NCBI GenBank assembly: GCA_043748275.1
Contig: JAYTNO010000198.1
Coordinates: 16,008 to 80,007 of the forward strand
Origin: Flavobacterium sp.
GTDB taxonomy: Bacteria > Bacteroidota > Bacteroidia > Flavobacteriales > Flavobacteriaceae
Length of the DNA stretch: 64,000 nt
Direction: 5' to 3'
Shown: positions 21,061-30,416 of the stretch, one piece after another
How positions within the stretch are numbered: position 1 is the first letter of the stretch
Layout: each line of letters begins with the position of its first letter
Made by a program: the position numbers and the translations under genes
Notes under the pieces: generated by a model
Told to the model about the DNA's origin: nothing
The model's input: only the letters and a program-made list of their open reading frames with translations
The model's database searches: none

Positions 21061-21312
21061 TTAAGCTGCTTCTGGAACCTTCTGTTTTTCAGAATTAGCT
21101 GCTGCACCTGGACCAGTAATTACCGTTGCAATAACATACAAAACTCCTGCAAACAAACCTGATAATAAAATTGTTTGCCACTCTGTCCAAGTTACAGGAA
21201 CATAACCTGAAACTCTAAAAGCTTTTATAGCCATCGCTAAAGCTCCTAAAAAAGCAATAAGAAAACCCTTAATCAGCTCTCTTAAATTAATTTGAAAAAT
21301 CGGACTTACCAT
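21061..21312 (-). CDS. Holin-like membrane protein
   Basis: 83 aa with two TM helices at the end of the tail operon. Confidence 0.55.
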   Translation of the reverse strand: MVSPIFQINLRELIKGFLIAFLGALAMAIKAFRVSGYVPVTWTEWQTILLSGLFAGVLYVIATVITGPGAAANSEKQKVPEAA

Positions 21313-21331
21313 ATATTTAAAATTTAATTGG

Positions 21332-22462
21332 TTAAAATGTTATTGTTTTTGTAATTATATTGCTTTTAACACTAGCATTACCCTGTTCATCAACAGCAAC
21401 AATTGAAAAGTCATAAGTATATCTATAAACTACAGGTATATTTATAATAGTAACAGTGCTTCCCGTGATAGAAACATTTATATCATTAGCATCAGTTCCA
21501 CTACGATAATAAACAGGAAAACCACAATATAATTTATACCATAAATTAGCTGGAGTAGATACTGCATCACCACCATTTAACTCGGCAACAACCGTTAAGG
21601 TATTACCAACTTGAGTAACACTTGTTAAATTCATAGTAGCCGGAACAACTACTTCTGGACTTACTAGCAATGGTGTAATAATTTCTATAGGTTGGATATT
21701 TAAGTCATAATATCTTTTTTCAATAATCTTTAAAGATGCGTAATCGTAGTGCAATCCATCGTTAGTAGTTAAACCAGTATTTGGTATAACTTTAAAATAA
21801 GGATCTACACTTGCTTTTTGATTAAGCATAGCGTTATATTGAGCTGTTCTAGGCGTTCTTTGAAATATTTCAACAAAGGTAATTGGAACACTTGTTCCAA
21901 ATTTTGATCGATACAATGCTATAAGCCTGTCCAATTCATTACCAGCGTCATCAACTAAATATTGAAACTCTGAATTATTTTCACCTAAAATAAAGATTAT
22001 ATGAAAAAAAACTCTCTTACCACTAGCAAGCAATTGATTTATTCCTTTGGTAGCAAAATTATTTATATAGTTCTGCCAAACAGTTCCTCCTTTAAGATGC
22101 TCAACAATTTCAGTGCCACCTGCAGCCAATTTTATAATATGTAATACATTACCAGGATCAATAGCTTCTTGACGTTCAGCCATAGTTAATTCTAATCCAT
22201 GCTTACCAGTATTGTTATAGTAATTATTACCACTAGCAATGTTTAAATTAGCAAAATTGGAGTTAATATGACTCCATATTTTAGCATAAGCAGTTGAATC
22301 TATTTCTGAAGAAAGTGCTTGTGAATTATAACCTTCACCTGCTCCATTACTTTGGCCACCTATCCATACTACCATAATAGAATTAGATGGTAGTATGAAT
22401 TTAGAAGCAGTAACAATAGCTTTCTTAGCCTTTATTATAAATCTTGAAAATAGTTTTGGCAT
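21332..22462 (-). CDS. SASA/CE6-type (sialate O-acetyl)esterase with C-terminal FN3-like domain
   Basis: GGQSN, GE, DGLHY SGNH-type motifs; AVDEQGNAS. Confidence 0.7.
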   Translation of the reverse strand: MPKLFSRFIIKAKKAIVTASKFILPSNSIMVVWIGGQSNGAGEGYNSQALSSEIDSTAYAKIWSHINSNFANLNIASGNNYYNNTGKHGLELTMAERQEAIDPGNVLHIIKLAAGGTEIVEHLKGGTVWQNYINNFATKGINQLLASGKRVFFHIIFILGENNSEFQYLVDDAGNELDRLIALYRSKFGTSVPITFVEIFQRTPRTAQYNAMLNQKASVDPYFKVIPNTGLTTNDGLHYDYASLKIIEKRYYDLNIQPIEIITPLLVSPEVVVPATMNLTSVTQVGNTLTVVAELNGGDAVSTPANLWYKLYCGFPVYYRSGTDANDINVSITGSTVTIINIPVVYRYTYDFSIVAVDEQGNASVKSNIITKTITF

Positions 22463-22463
22463 A

Positions 22464-23747
22464 TTATTGAATTTGAAGGTCGTAGAATCTACGGTTAGAA
22501 GATTGCATATATCCTTTGAAATAAATTCCTGCACTTTGTGCTGCAAAAGTGTGTAGCAATACTTCGGTGGTGCCGTTGAAGTAATACAATAAAACAGCTG
22601 ATGTTCCACTGTTTCTTGCTAATCTTAAATAATTAGTAGTATTAGCAACCAAGGTTGTTGCTCCTGCATCTGGATTAACCGGTGTTGAACCTACCTTTAC
22701 ACCATAAGTACTATCAACAGCTAAAACTAAATTCCAAGTAGAATATATATCTGTATTAGCGCTAGAGTCATCTAAACCAATCCAGAAATCTTTAGTATAA
22801 ACATCTTTTATGAAGACTTTTACTGAGAAAGCATTCGGTTTAGTAGTGTTATATTTTAAAAACGCATTAGTTGTATTAGATGCTATTGTTGCAGGTGTTC
22901 CTCCTGTGTAAGTGAAAGCTGCGCTTATCGCACTGTTAACATTGTCCAATATTACATAACTAGCCACTGGAGGCGTATGTATTGTGTTTAAAGAAAACGC
23001 TGCAGATACATTTCCTGCTTCATCACGTGCTTTGATTGAAAATTGATAAGTAGTACCTCCTGTAATTGGAACTCCTGTAATTTCCATATTTGCCCCAACT
23101 ATAGATTTATTTGAAGATGCTTTCAAAATAGTGGCGAAAAGAGTTTCTGATCCTAAAGGGCCATTATAAATTAATATATCTAAATTAGCTGAAGCACTAT
23201 AAGCATCTGTAGGAGTTGCAAATACAAATTTTACAGAAGTACTAGGCACATCATTTGTTATCGTTAAAGCTCCTACTGTTGATGGAATTCCTGTATCCAC
23301 TCCTGAGTTAACTATATTACAAGTTACATTTCCTTCTCCATCACGCTCAAAATATAACTTATTGATTTGTCCAGGAAAGAAACTTCCAAAAGTCATCCAA
23401 GTAGTAGGAATTGCTAAAGTGCTGTTATTGTAGTAAACAACTGCTTGACCACCACGAACTGCTCCTGTGGTATCAAATGTCAAAGTTCCAGTTCGTGGTG
23501 CAGCTACTGAACCATAATAGTCACCAATGCTACTGTCAAAAGTTATTGTATTTGTGTTTTTTAAAGTTGATGTTGGTGGAACTCCTGCCGGTCCTTGTGC
23601 ACCAGTTAATCCAATTGGTCCTTGTGGTCCAACTGGTCCAACTGCACCATCAATTCCATTTACACCATCAACTCCATCTTTACCATCTCTATACAATTGT
23701 ACTTCTACGCTTACTGCTTCTCCTGATTCACTTATTACTACATTCAT
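22464..23747 (-). CDS. Tail fibre-like protein with collagen-like repeat and FN3-like domain
   Basis: G-X-Y run (GKDGVDGVNG...GPQGPIG), ARDEAGNVS. Confidence 0.7.
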   Translation of the reverse strand: MNVVISESGEAVSVEVQLYRDGKDGVDGVNGIDGAVGPVGPQGPIGLTGAQGPAGVPPTSTLKNTNTITFDSSIGDYYGSVAAPRTGTLTFDTTGAVRGGQAVVYYNNSTLAIPTTWMTFGSFFPGQINKLYFERDGEGNVTCNIVNSGVDTGIPSTVGALTITNDVPSTSVKFVFATPTDAYSASANLDILIYNGPLGSETLFATILKASSNKSIVGANMEITGVPITGGTTYQFSIKARDEAGNVSAAFSLNTIHTPPVASYVILDNVNSAISAAFTYTGGTPATIASNTTNAFLKYNTTKPNAFSVKVFIKDVYTKDFWIGLDDSSANTDIYSTWNLVLAVDSTYGVKVGSTPVNPDAGATTLVANTTNYLRLARNSGTSAVLLYYFNGTTEVLLHTFAAQSAGIYFKGYMQSSNRRFYDLQIQ

Positions 23748-24064
23748 TACTTTATAATTGTTAAGTTGCCTTTAAAAATTACCCATTTCACATCAGTTCT
23801 AAAAATTTCAAAATAATAAGAATCTACTGGTATTGACTGATTTTCTGGTTTGATATTTAATGTCATCAAATCACCTTCTACTAATAATGGTGATATTGTA
23901 ATAACAGTTTCAGTATTCTTAACCGGACTATTCCAAATTTTAAAGGCATAGTTTCCTGTCCAAGGTTCCGAAGCTTTAAAATATATTTTTCTATCTTCTT
24001 TTTCACCGATATTTAAAATATCTACGCCGACGGCAATACTTGCGTCTATTGTTACTTTTTGCAT
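23747..24064 (-). CDS. Phage tail-region hypothetical protein
   Basis: Coupled ORF in the tail operon. Confidence 0.7.
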   Translation of the reverse strand: MQKVTIDASIAVGVDILNIGEKEDRKIYFKASEPWTGNYAFKIWNSPVKNTETVITISPLLVEGDLMTLNIKPENQSIPVDSYYFEIFRTDVKWVIFKGNLTIIK

Positions 24065-24068
24065 ATTG

Positions 24069-24578
24069 TTAATTTATTGGAACTCTTATTTCAAATTGAA
24101 CAAAATTCAATGCCGCATTATTAAATGTACTATCAGAGGTTTGAAAACCATATATCCACGCAAAACCAAAACCTATATCGCCTGCGTTGGCTCTAAATCC
24201 ACCTCTACCAGAAACAAATATTCTACAACCTGGTTGAATATCCGGATGTATAATTTTTATACGGCCAACTGCATCATTTACATAATTCACTGCACCAGTT
24301 AGCTCATTAGTATCAAAAATTACTGTAAAAGGTTGACCAAAAGTGATGTCAGCATCACCAGTATACCCAGCCACAACTTTATAATTTCTTTTTTGAGCAT
24401 TAAATGCATCCGATAAATTATTGATATATTCTCTGAGAATTTCAAACTCTAGAGCACTCAAAAAATACTTTGATGGCTTACCAGCAATTGCTAACAATTT
24501 CTCAGCAGAATCTTCTTTTGTTTCTATTTGTAGATGGTTTGGGTTTGCATCCAAAACAACCGATTGATCTTGTGCCAT
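24069..24578 (-). CDS. Phage tail-region hypothetical protein
   Basis: Coupled ORF in the tail operon. Confidence 0.7.
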   Translation of the reverse strand: MAQDQSVVLDANPNHLQIETKEDSAEKLLAIAGKPSKYFLSALEFEILREYINNLSDAFNAQKRNYKVVAGYTGDADITFGQPFTVIFDTNELTGAVNYVNDAVGRIKIIHPDIQPGCRIFVSGRGGFRANAGDIGFGFAWIYGFQTSDSTFNNAALNFVQFEIRVPIN

Positions 24579-25069
24579 TATAAATTAGATTTGATTTCAG
24601 TTAAGTTTTTCAATTTTGTATAATAAGCGTTTGAAAAAGCAGTAAAATTCGCCGATGATATTGTAATTACATTTCCTGCAATATTCAAATAATCAGAACT
24701 TGAAGGTACTAATATCGTAACCGCTTGCAATCGTAACCTAAAAGCTTCATCCATTGCAAAAGTATTGCCGCTATATACAAAGGTTCCAGAATTGATATCA
24801 TTTATTGTAGATGCTTGATTTCTTAATAGTTGCTTCAAATCATACTCGTTTTTAAAATCCAACATTTCTTGAGTAGTTCTTGCAACTAATGCTCCATCAG
24901 AGATATAAACAGGATATACGCCACTTACCAATGCTGGTAAATTGTTTTCTGTAACAATTAATGGATTTGAAGCTTCACCCATTGCGGTCAACTCTGCTAA
25001 ACTTTTTGCCCATAAACTAAAGTTTACATAAGGCTTATTTGCTAATGAAAATGCTTTGTAATAATTCAT
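24578..25069 (-). CDS. Putative tail fibre assembly protein
   Basis: Position after the fibre gene. Confidence 0.5.
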   Translation of the reverse strand: MNYYKAFSLANKPYVNFSLWAKSLAELTAMGEASNPLIVTENNLPALVSGVYPVYISDGALVARTTQEMLDFKNEYDLKQLLRNQASTINDINSGTFVYSGNTFAMDEAFRLRLQAVTILVPSSSDYLNIAGNVITISSANFTAFSNAYYTKLKNLTEIKSNL

Positions 25070-25071
25070 AA

Positions 25072-25872
25072 TTAATTGGCTATAATTAAATATTCAACTG
25101 CTAAATTTTGAGTAAATGAACCACCTTCACGTCCTACCAAAACAAAACGATCTGTTAGTTTATTATTGTCAACGGTAGACCAAACGGTGGTATCTACCAT
25201 ACCATTATTCAAATGAGTTAATGTATAAAGTACAGTATAGTTGATAGTCCCAACATCAGGAAAGATAATAAATCTTGCCTCAGCTGTTCCGTTTGGAAAA
25301 TCACCCAATACCTGTCTGCCTTGATGTAAAACATTAGGTATGATGGGTTTATTTTTAATAAACGAGTCTAATAAATTATTATTGACATCCCAATCTGCCT
25401 GAACATTGACTTCAGCTCCAGTTTCAATTGTTGCCAATTTGTCTTTTTGAGGTGTCGTGTAATTATTATCAGTATGCACATAATTAGCATCAAACACTGG
25501 TGAAACTCTTATAAAATTACTTAACACTTCACCATCAACTAAATCAACAACTGCATTGGTATATCGAAAAACCTGTTCGTTTTGACCGTTTTTAAAGCCC
25601 AAAGTTTGAGTAACCACATTCTTCTTTATTTTACTTAATAAAGTTCCTGCTGTTTGTTCAAAATAGCATAGTTCACCATCAATATAGAGATATCCTGCAG
25701 TAATGTTTGGACCTACAATTTTACAACCCGAAATGATAAAATTTCCCACATCCGGAACGTTGCAAAAAGCCACAAACATTTTCAATATTTGAAAGTAAGC
25801 TTCTTGAAGTTTTCTTAAAGTAAATTGCTTAAAGCGATATCCACCGTTTTTTGTAAAATCTATGAAGTTCAT
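25072..25872 (-). CDS. Tail fibre / baseplate-attachment protein
   Basis: FIISGC...GYLYIDGE; KDKLATIETGAEVNVQADW fibre motif. Confidence 0.7.
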   Translation of the reverse strand: MNFIDFTKNGGYRFKQFTLRKLQEAYFQILKMFVAFCNVPDVGNFIISGCKIVGPNITAGYLYIDGELCYFEQTAGTLLSKIKKNVVTQTLGFKNGQNEQVFRYTNAVVDLVDGEVLSNFIRVSPVFDANYVHTDNNYTTPQKDKLATIETGAEVNVQADWDVNNNLLDSFIKNKPIIPNVLHQGRQVLGDFPNGTAEARFIIFPDVGTINYTVLYTLTHLNNGMVDTTVWSTVDNNKLTDRFVLVGREGGSFTQNLAVEYLIIAN

Positions 25873-26366
25873 ATTGAGTAAATTTCAATTATATGTTTTT
25901 TTCCTATGTATCGGTAGCTATCTACCAGTGCTCTTAAACTTATTTCATCAAATGTTATAGTGTCCGGCATAAAGATGATCCAACTATATGAAAACACACC
26001 TTCGTTATCGCCCTCTAAAAAAACATCATCCGGACTTTCTATATCATCATCTTCCAAAAACGAAACTTCCGTTTCACCATCTTGATAAATGTATAATTTG
26101 TCAAATTTTGGCAAATCATCAATATAAATCTTCTTGGTTGCTTCGTGGTTCTGGTGATCGTAGTTTGCAACAGCAAACGATTCATTTAACATTTTTTCTA
26201 AATAGATCTTCGCACCATTGTGTTGCATCTTATATAGAGTTTCGTCAGCAATTCGTTGCATTGGCGCACTACAAGAATTCACAACTGCGAGTATCTTACT
26301 TTTTCGTAAAAAAGTAGGCAATAGCAAAAAGCAAAGTCTTTTAAAATTAATTGTTGACCAATACAT
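25869..26366 (-). CDS. Baseplate wedge / tail protein I-like
   Basis: LLLPTFLRK...YLEKMLN; follows baseplate J. Confidence 0.65.
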   Translation of the reverse strand: MYWSTINFKRLCFLLLPTFLRKSKILAVVNSCSAPMQRIADETLYKMQHNGAKIYLEKMLNESFAVANYDHQNHEATKKIYIDDLPKFDKLYIYQDGETEVSFLEDDDIESPDDVFLEGDNEGVFSYSWIIFMPDTITFDEISLRALVDSYRYIGKKHIIEIYSI

Positions 26367-27204
26367 ACGGCAAATAGTTTAATTCTAAATCAACATTGTT
26401 TATTTTAAAATAACCGCTTTCGGCTATTTTTGATCGTGTAAAATCTTCAAACGGTATTGCATCAAATGACCATTGCATGAGTTCCACTTCTACCAAATTA
26501 ATTCCTTCTTTATCTTCAATAGCACGTGTGAAAAAGTTAGTCACAAAGGCACCATTAAACTCTAACTTCCCTAAATAATCATTAATAGCATCTTTCACTG
26601 GATAGATTACTTCAGTTGTATTTAATTGTCTGCCATTGTCCAAATCAATCATCAAAGGATCTACATAAACATTTAATCGTGTTTTAATTAAATCAGCAGC
26701 TTCATTAATCAATCTTATTTGCACTCCTGGTACTTTCTTTTGTTTGATGTAAAAATCCAAGCGCACGAGTTGTTCTGGTGTAAGTGGTTCCAATGCTCCT
26801 GCAACCATTCGAGCTACTTTTATTACAAGTTCACCATCTACAGACTCAAGAACCGCACAACGTGCAATGATTTTTCTATCAGCTGCATCAGAAACACCGG
26901 CATAATCATATTGAAACTGACCATCTTTCCACTTCAAGTCAAGACCATCACGAAAGTCAAGAATAGATTCAATAAAATTGGGTAAGTTTTGTGGTCTCGA
27001 ATTGGCAGCGTTTTTACTCACAATTGACTCGTGAAAAAACAAAGCGAATGCAATTATTGAAAATATAATATTCTCCAAACTCACAACAGAAAATTGCTCT
27101 TCAAAAGTTTGTCCTGGTACTAATTCATACTGATCTATAATTGCAACATCACTCACAAACTGCGAGGTTATTTCTAACTTGATATCTTTGAAACTTCTTG
27201 CCAT
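26347..27204 (-). CDS. Baseplate J-like protein
   Basis: Synteny; IKVAR...KVPGV motif. Confidence 0.7.
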   Translation of the reverse strand: MARSFKDIKLEITSQFVSDVAIIDQYELVPGQTFEEQFSVVSLENIIFSIIAFALFFHESIVSKNAANSRPQNLPNFIESILDFRDGLDLKWKDGQFQYDYAGVSDAADRKIIARCAVLESVDGELVIKVARMVAGALEPLTPEQLVRLDFYIKQKKVPGVQIRLINEAADLIKTRLNVYVDPLMIDLDNGRQLNTTEVIYPVKDAINDYLGKLEFNGAFVTNFFTRAIEDKEGINLVEVELMQWSFDAIPFEDFTRSKIAESGYFKINNVDLELNYLPYVLVNN

Positions 27205-27209
27205 AATTT

Positions 27210-27485
27210 TTAAAAACTAAAAGGGAATCCACCCAGTGGAAAATCGTATGATTCAATCGTTGCTATTTCATAACCTAAACTTGCTGGTTTATTATCATCA
27301 TCAAAATAACCTGCAATTACTTTATTTGTAATCGTACTGATCAATAATTCTGAACCTACAACAATGTCATCAGTAATCGATATTTCATTTAACAAGGCCA
27401 TTTCTACAGCATTCTCAATGTTTCCTGTATTTTCAATAACTTTATCAAAAAAAGATTGTCCACTATATACTATTGACTTACTCAT
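27210..27485 (-). CDS. LysM-like baseplate protein
   Basis: GQSFFD...G...ALLNEISITD. Confidence 0.65.
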   Translation of the reverse strand: MSKSIVYSGQSFFDKVIENTGNIENAVEMALLNEISITDDIVVGSELLISTITNKVIAGYFDDDNKPASLGYEIATIESYDFPLGGFPFSF

Positions 27486-27816
27486 AAGTAGCTTCTATTT
27501 CTAAAGGTTGATTTGGATAAAAATTTACATTTTTTACTTTCATTCCGTCTTTGATAAGATGCTCTCTTATTCGGTGTCGGAATCGTAAATAATCATCATC
27601 AAGAACCAATTCATTAATTGCAACGCCAAGCGTTGGATTAAATTTAAACTCACCTGGATTCGCAATTATAATCATAGCCTGATTCTGATTCATCGTATCG
27701 CCAACAACTAATCCCTGCATAATCAATCCATCAACATTACGCACAACATCAATTTTTAAATCAATATTTTGTAATCCTGTACTGCTATCAGTCAATTGAA
27801 TTCCTTTATTTTTCAT
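27478..27816 (-). CDS. Baseplate wedge initiator (gp25/gp46-like)
   Basis: PGEFKFNPTLGV motif. Confidence 0.65.
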   Translation of the reverse strand: MKNKGIQLTDSSTGLQNIDLKIDVVRNVDGLIMQGLVVGDTMNQNQAMIIIANPGEFKFNPTLGVAINELVLDDDYLRFRHRIREHLIKDGMKVKNVNFYPNQPLEIEATYE

Positions 27817-27819
27817 CGT

Positions 27820-28326
27820 TTAATTACTATTTAAAATCAAATTAAACTGTGTTTTAATATTTGTCAATAAACCTTGTGTCACAGGATTTATTGTTCCAGG
27901 TCCAGAAGGTGTAATAATTTGAGCTGCACTTATCGTATCAATCAAACTATTTATTAATGAACCAAAGTTTGCTCCTGCTTTTTTCAAAGTAAGCTTTCCG
28001 GTTGTTCCATTAATTTCAAATTCAAAATCTCCTTTTTTATATTGTAATTTTTCTACACTGTCTATTTTAATAACTACCAAACCACTCAATTTTCCTGTTT
28101 GACTTATGACCATTACTTCACTGCCTATTTTAGGTGTAATAAGTAAGGTATCTGTATCATCAGAAATCGTGGCTTTCAATCGAACATCACTCAGAACCAA
28201 CTCACTCAACAACTTTATGGTACAAGTGTCATTTTCAACTGATACAATAGTTGCTGTAATTGGTAAATTCGGATTTGCTCCAATCAATTCTACTAATGCC
28301 TTTTTTATTTCTGCTGCTGTATCCAT
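27820..28326 (-). CDS. Baseplate spike (gpV-like)
   Basis: OB-fold PKIGSEV motif; TPSGPG. Confidence 0.7.
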   Translation of the reverse strand: MDTAAEIKKALVELIGANPNLPITATIVSVENDTCTIKLLSELVLSDVRLKATISDDTDTLLITPKIGSEVMVISQTGKLSGLVVIKIDSVEKLQYKKGDFEFEINGTTGKLTLKKAGANFGSLINSLIDTISAAQIITPSGPGTINPVTQGLLTNIKTQFNLILNSN

Positions 28327-29298
28327 TTATACACTTAATTTTACGCCAATTTTTACTGTACGTTTTCCACCACTTTCATTAATACTGGTTGTAACTCCAG
28401 TCACATAATATTTTCCGTCCTTTTCAGGATAATCTTCATCTTTAATTTTTGCTGAATAAGTTGGTTGTACAAATGGAATTAACCAGGTGTCAATCGAACC
28501 TTCATACATATCTGCAGAACGTCTTAATAATTCAGCATTTGCAATTCTTAATCTACTCGAAGCATCCACAGAACCAACTTTGATTGTAATCTTATCACCG
28601 CCTGAAGTTCCTACAGTTTCGCTTTCTATTTTTCCTTTTAAGTTGGTACTTTCTACAGTTACTTCAACTTTTCGGTCTAATGCTTTTTTAAATTCCAAAG
28701 AACTCTTTTCAATGTTTTTTTGCATTGAGTAAATTACTTCGCCACCTTTCTCTAAATATGGTGGATGGATATGCAATTCTTTTTTTTCTGTGTTGAAATA
28801 AATATTAGCTTTCGTTTCTTCAGCTAATTTTTTCAAAACATCATACCCAGTCGCTTGATGAATGACAAACTTTTCATAAGTGATATCATAATCACAAACA
28901 AGTTTAAAAGTTGGATCAATCTGATCAATTAACAGCTGTGCTATTTTTGGTAATGATGTTGGTTTTAACTCCACATCTTTCACGCCTTTTCTAAATAAGA
29001 ATAAAGCATCCTCACACTTAATTTTCAAAGAACTATCATTGGTAACAATATCTTGAACAAAGCCAATAAACTCATTTTCTAGAGTTTCATCATAACCTGC
29101 TTTTATTACAACTTCAGAACCTCGTTTCACCTGATCACCAATATTCAACACTTGATTCATAACTGCTTCTGGAAGCGTAATTGTAGCTGTATCGGCAAGA
29201 TTATCAACTGAACATTCAATATCAATACTTGCAACAGTTTGTAGCGAGTAGGTAATACCTTCTGTTTTAAATTTGATTTCCCAAATGATATTGTACAT
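28327..29298 (-). CDS. Baseplate hub / late control D-like protein
   Basis: LADTATITLP, AGYD, CEDAL, GKYYV motifs. Confidence 0.75.
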   Translation of the reverse strand: MYNIIWEIKFKTEGITYSLQTVASIDIECSVDNLADTATITLPEAVMNQVLNIGDQVKRGSEVVIKAGYDETLENEFIGFVQDIVTNDSSLKIKCEDALFLFRKGVKDVELKPTSLPKIAQLLIDQIDPTFKLVCDYDITYEKFVIHQATGYDVLKKLAEETKANIYFNTEKKELHIHPPYLEKGGEVIYSMQKNIEKSSLEFKKALDRKVEVTVESTNLKGKIESETVGTSGGDKITIKVGSVDASSRLRIANAELLRRSADMYEGSIDTWLIPFVQPTYSAKIKDEDYPEKDGKYYVTGVTTSINESGGKRTVKIGVKLSV

Positions 29299-29359
29299 TG
29301 ATCAAGTTTTAAAAAAAGCCATCCATTACTAGATGGCTTTTATTATATTTTATTTTGTT

Positions 29360-29746
29360 TTAGCAGTTGTGCCTGGATAAATATTCCAAATAATTGAATT
29401 TGCTTTTAAACTTTAAATTGTAATTCTCCAGCAACTTTTCTCTATAAGGTATTTGTTTATAATTTTTACGATAAAACCGATAACCTACATCAGTGATAAT
29501 TGCTAAAGTGTTGGTGTTTTCGTAGTAGTTTTTAAACAAATAATTAGTTTGATTTTCATAAATCACAATTGCTTTATCAATAAAAACAAGATCGTTAGAA
29601 ATTGAATCTACAATAACAATTGGGTTATAAAACTCCTTTTGTACAACCGTTTTTTGCTTTTGCTCCTGAGTGCTGTGGTTGGCAGCCGTAACAGTGAAAC
29701 TCAACATCCCGATGAGTAACATAAAGAGCGATTGAATGAATCGCAT
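29360..29746 (-). CDS. Exported hypothetical protein within the tail operon
   Basis: Signal peptide; hairpin AAAAGCCATC/GATGGCTTTT follows. Confidence 0.6.
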   Translation of the reverse strand: MRFIQSLFMLLIGMLSFTVTAANHSTQEQKQKTVVQKEFYNPIVIVDSISNDLVFIDKAIVIYENQTNYLFKNYYENTNTLAIITDVGYRFYRKNYKQIPYREKLLENYNLKFKSKFNYLEYLSRHNC

Positions 29747-29750
29747 ACTC

Positions 29751-30416
29751 TTAAAATTCTTCTTTAATCAGTAAGTTATAAGAACTATCACTTACTAATT
29801 TTATGTCATAAGCCTGAACATTTTCGCCTTTAGAAAAAGGAAAACTCCAGTCTTCAACTACTACTTTTATAACTTCTTCTATTTCCAACAAAGGCGAATA
29901 GATGTAAAATTCTTTTGAGTATTTCAAAAACTGAAACAACTCATTCATTTGTTTTTTAGGAAAACAGTTCTCAACTGATCCAGTCAATAAACTACCTATT
30001 AAAACACCTGTAACCTGAATATCAATATCTTTTCTAGACCAACGCTCTTTGATTGTTCCAACTAGTTTTTCACCTTGTTTGGCAACATTTCTTTTTACTA
30101 TGTTGTTACCAGAACTAGTGTTGAGCATTGGCTCGTATGGAAACAACCATTTTTGTCCACCTTCAGTAAAACTGAATGATAAAGGAAAAAACTGTTGACC
30201 TTCTGGTTTCTCACCATCAGCTTCATTAGTTCTAAAAGTAGTACTCGTACTATTTTTAGCAACTAAATTATCATTCTGCTGCAATGGCAAAAAAGGAATA
30301 TTTGGCAAAACGTGTTTGCTCAATTCATTTTGAACCATCTGTGTTCTTTGGTAAGTTGCCACTGCATTGCTTCCCATTAAACTTGCGAAAATTATATCTT
30401 GGTTTGTTAATGCCAT
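29751..30416 (-). CDS. Tail tube initiator-like protein (DUF6046-like)
   Basis: GTIKERWS motif; follows the tape measure gene. Confidence 0.65.
   Translation of the reverse strand: MALTNQDIIFASLMGSNAVATYQRTQMVQNELSKHVLPNIPFLPLQQNDNLVAKNSTSTTFRTNEADGEKPEGQQFFPLSFSFTEGGQKWLFPYEPMLNTSSGNNIVKRNVAKQGEKLVGTIKERWSRKDIDIQVTGVLIGSLLTGSVENCFPKKQMNELFQFLKYSKEFYIYSPLLEIEEVIKVVVEDWSFPFSKGENVQAYDIKLVSDSSYNLLIKEEF

Noticed and set aside
21061-25872. Invertible G-segment or diversity-generating retroelement in the fibre region
   Set aside because: No invertase, reverse transcriptase, flanking inverted repeats or TR/VR pair recognised.
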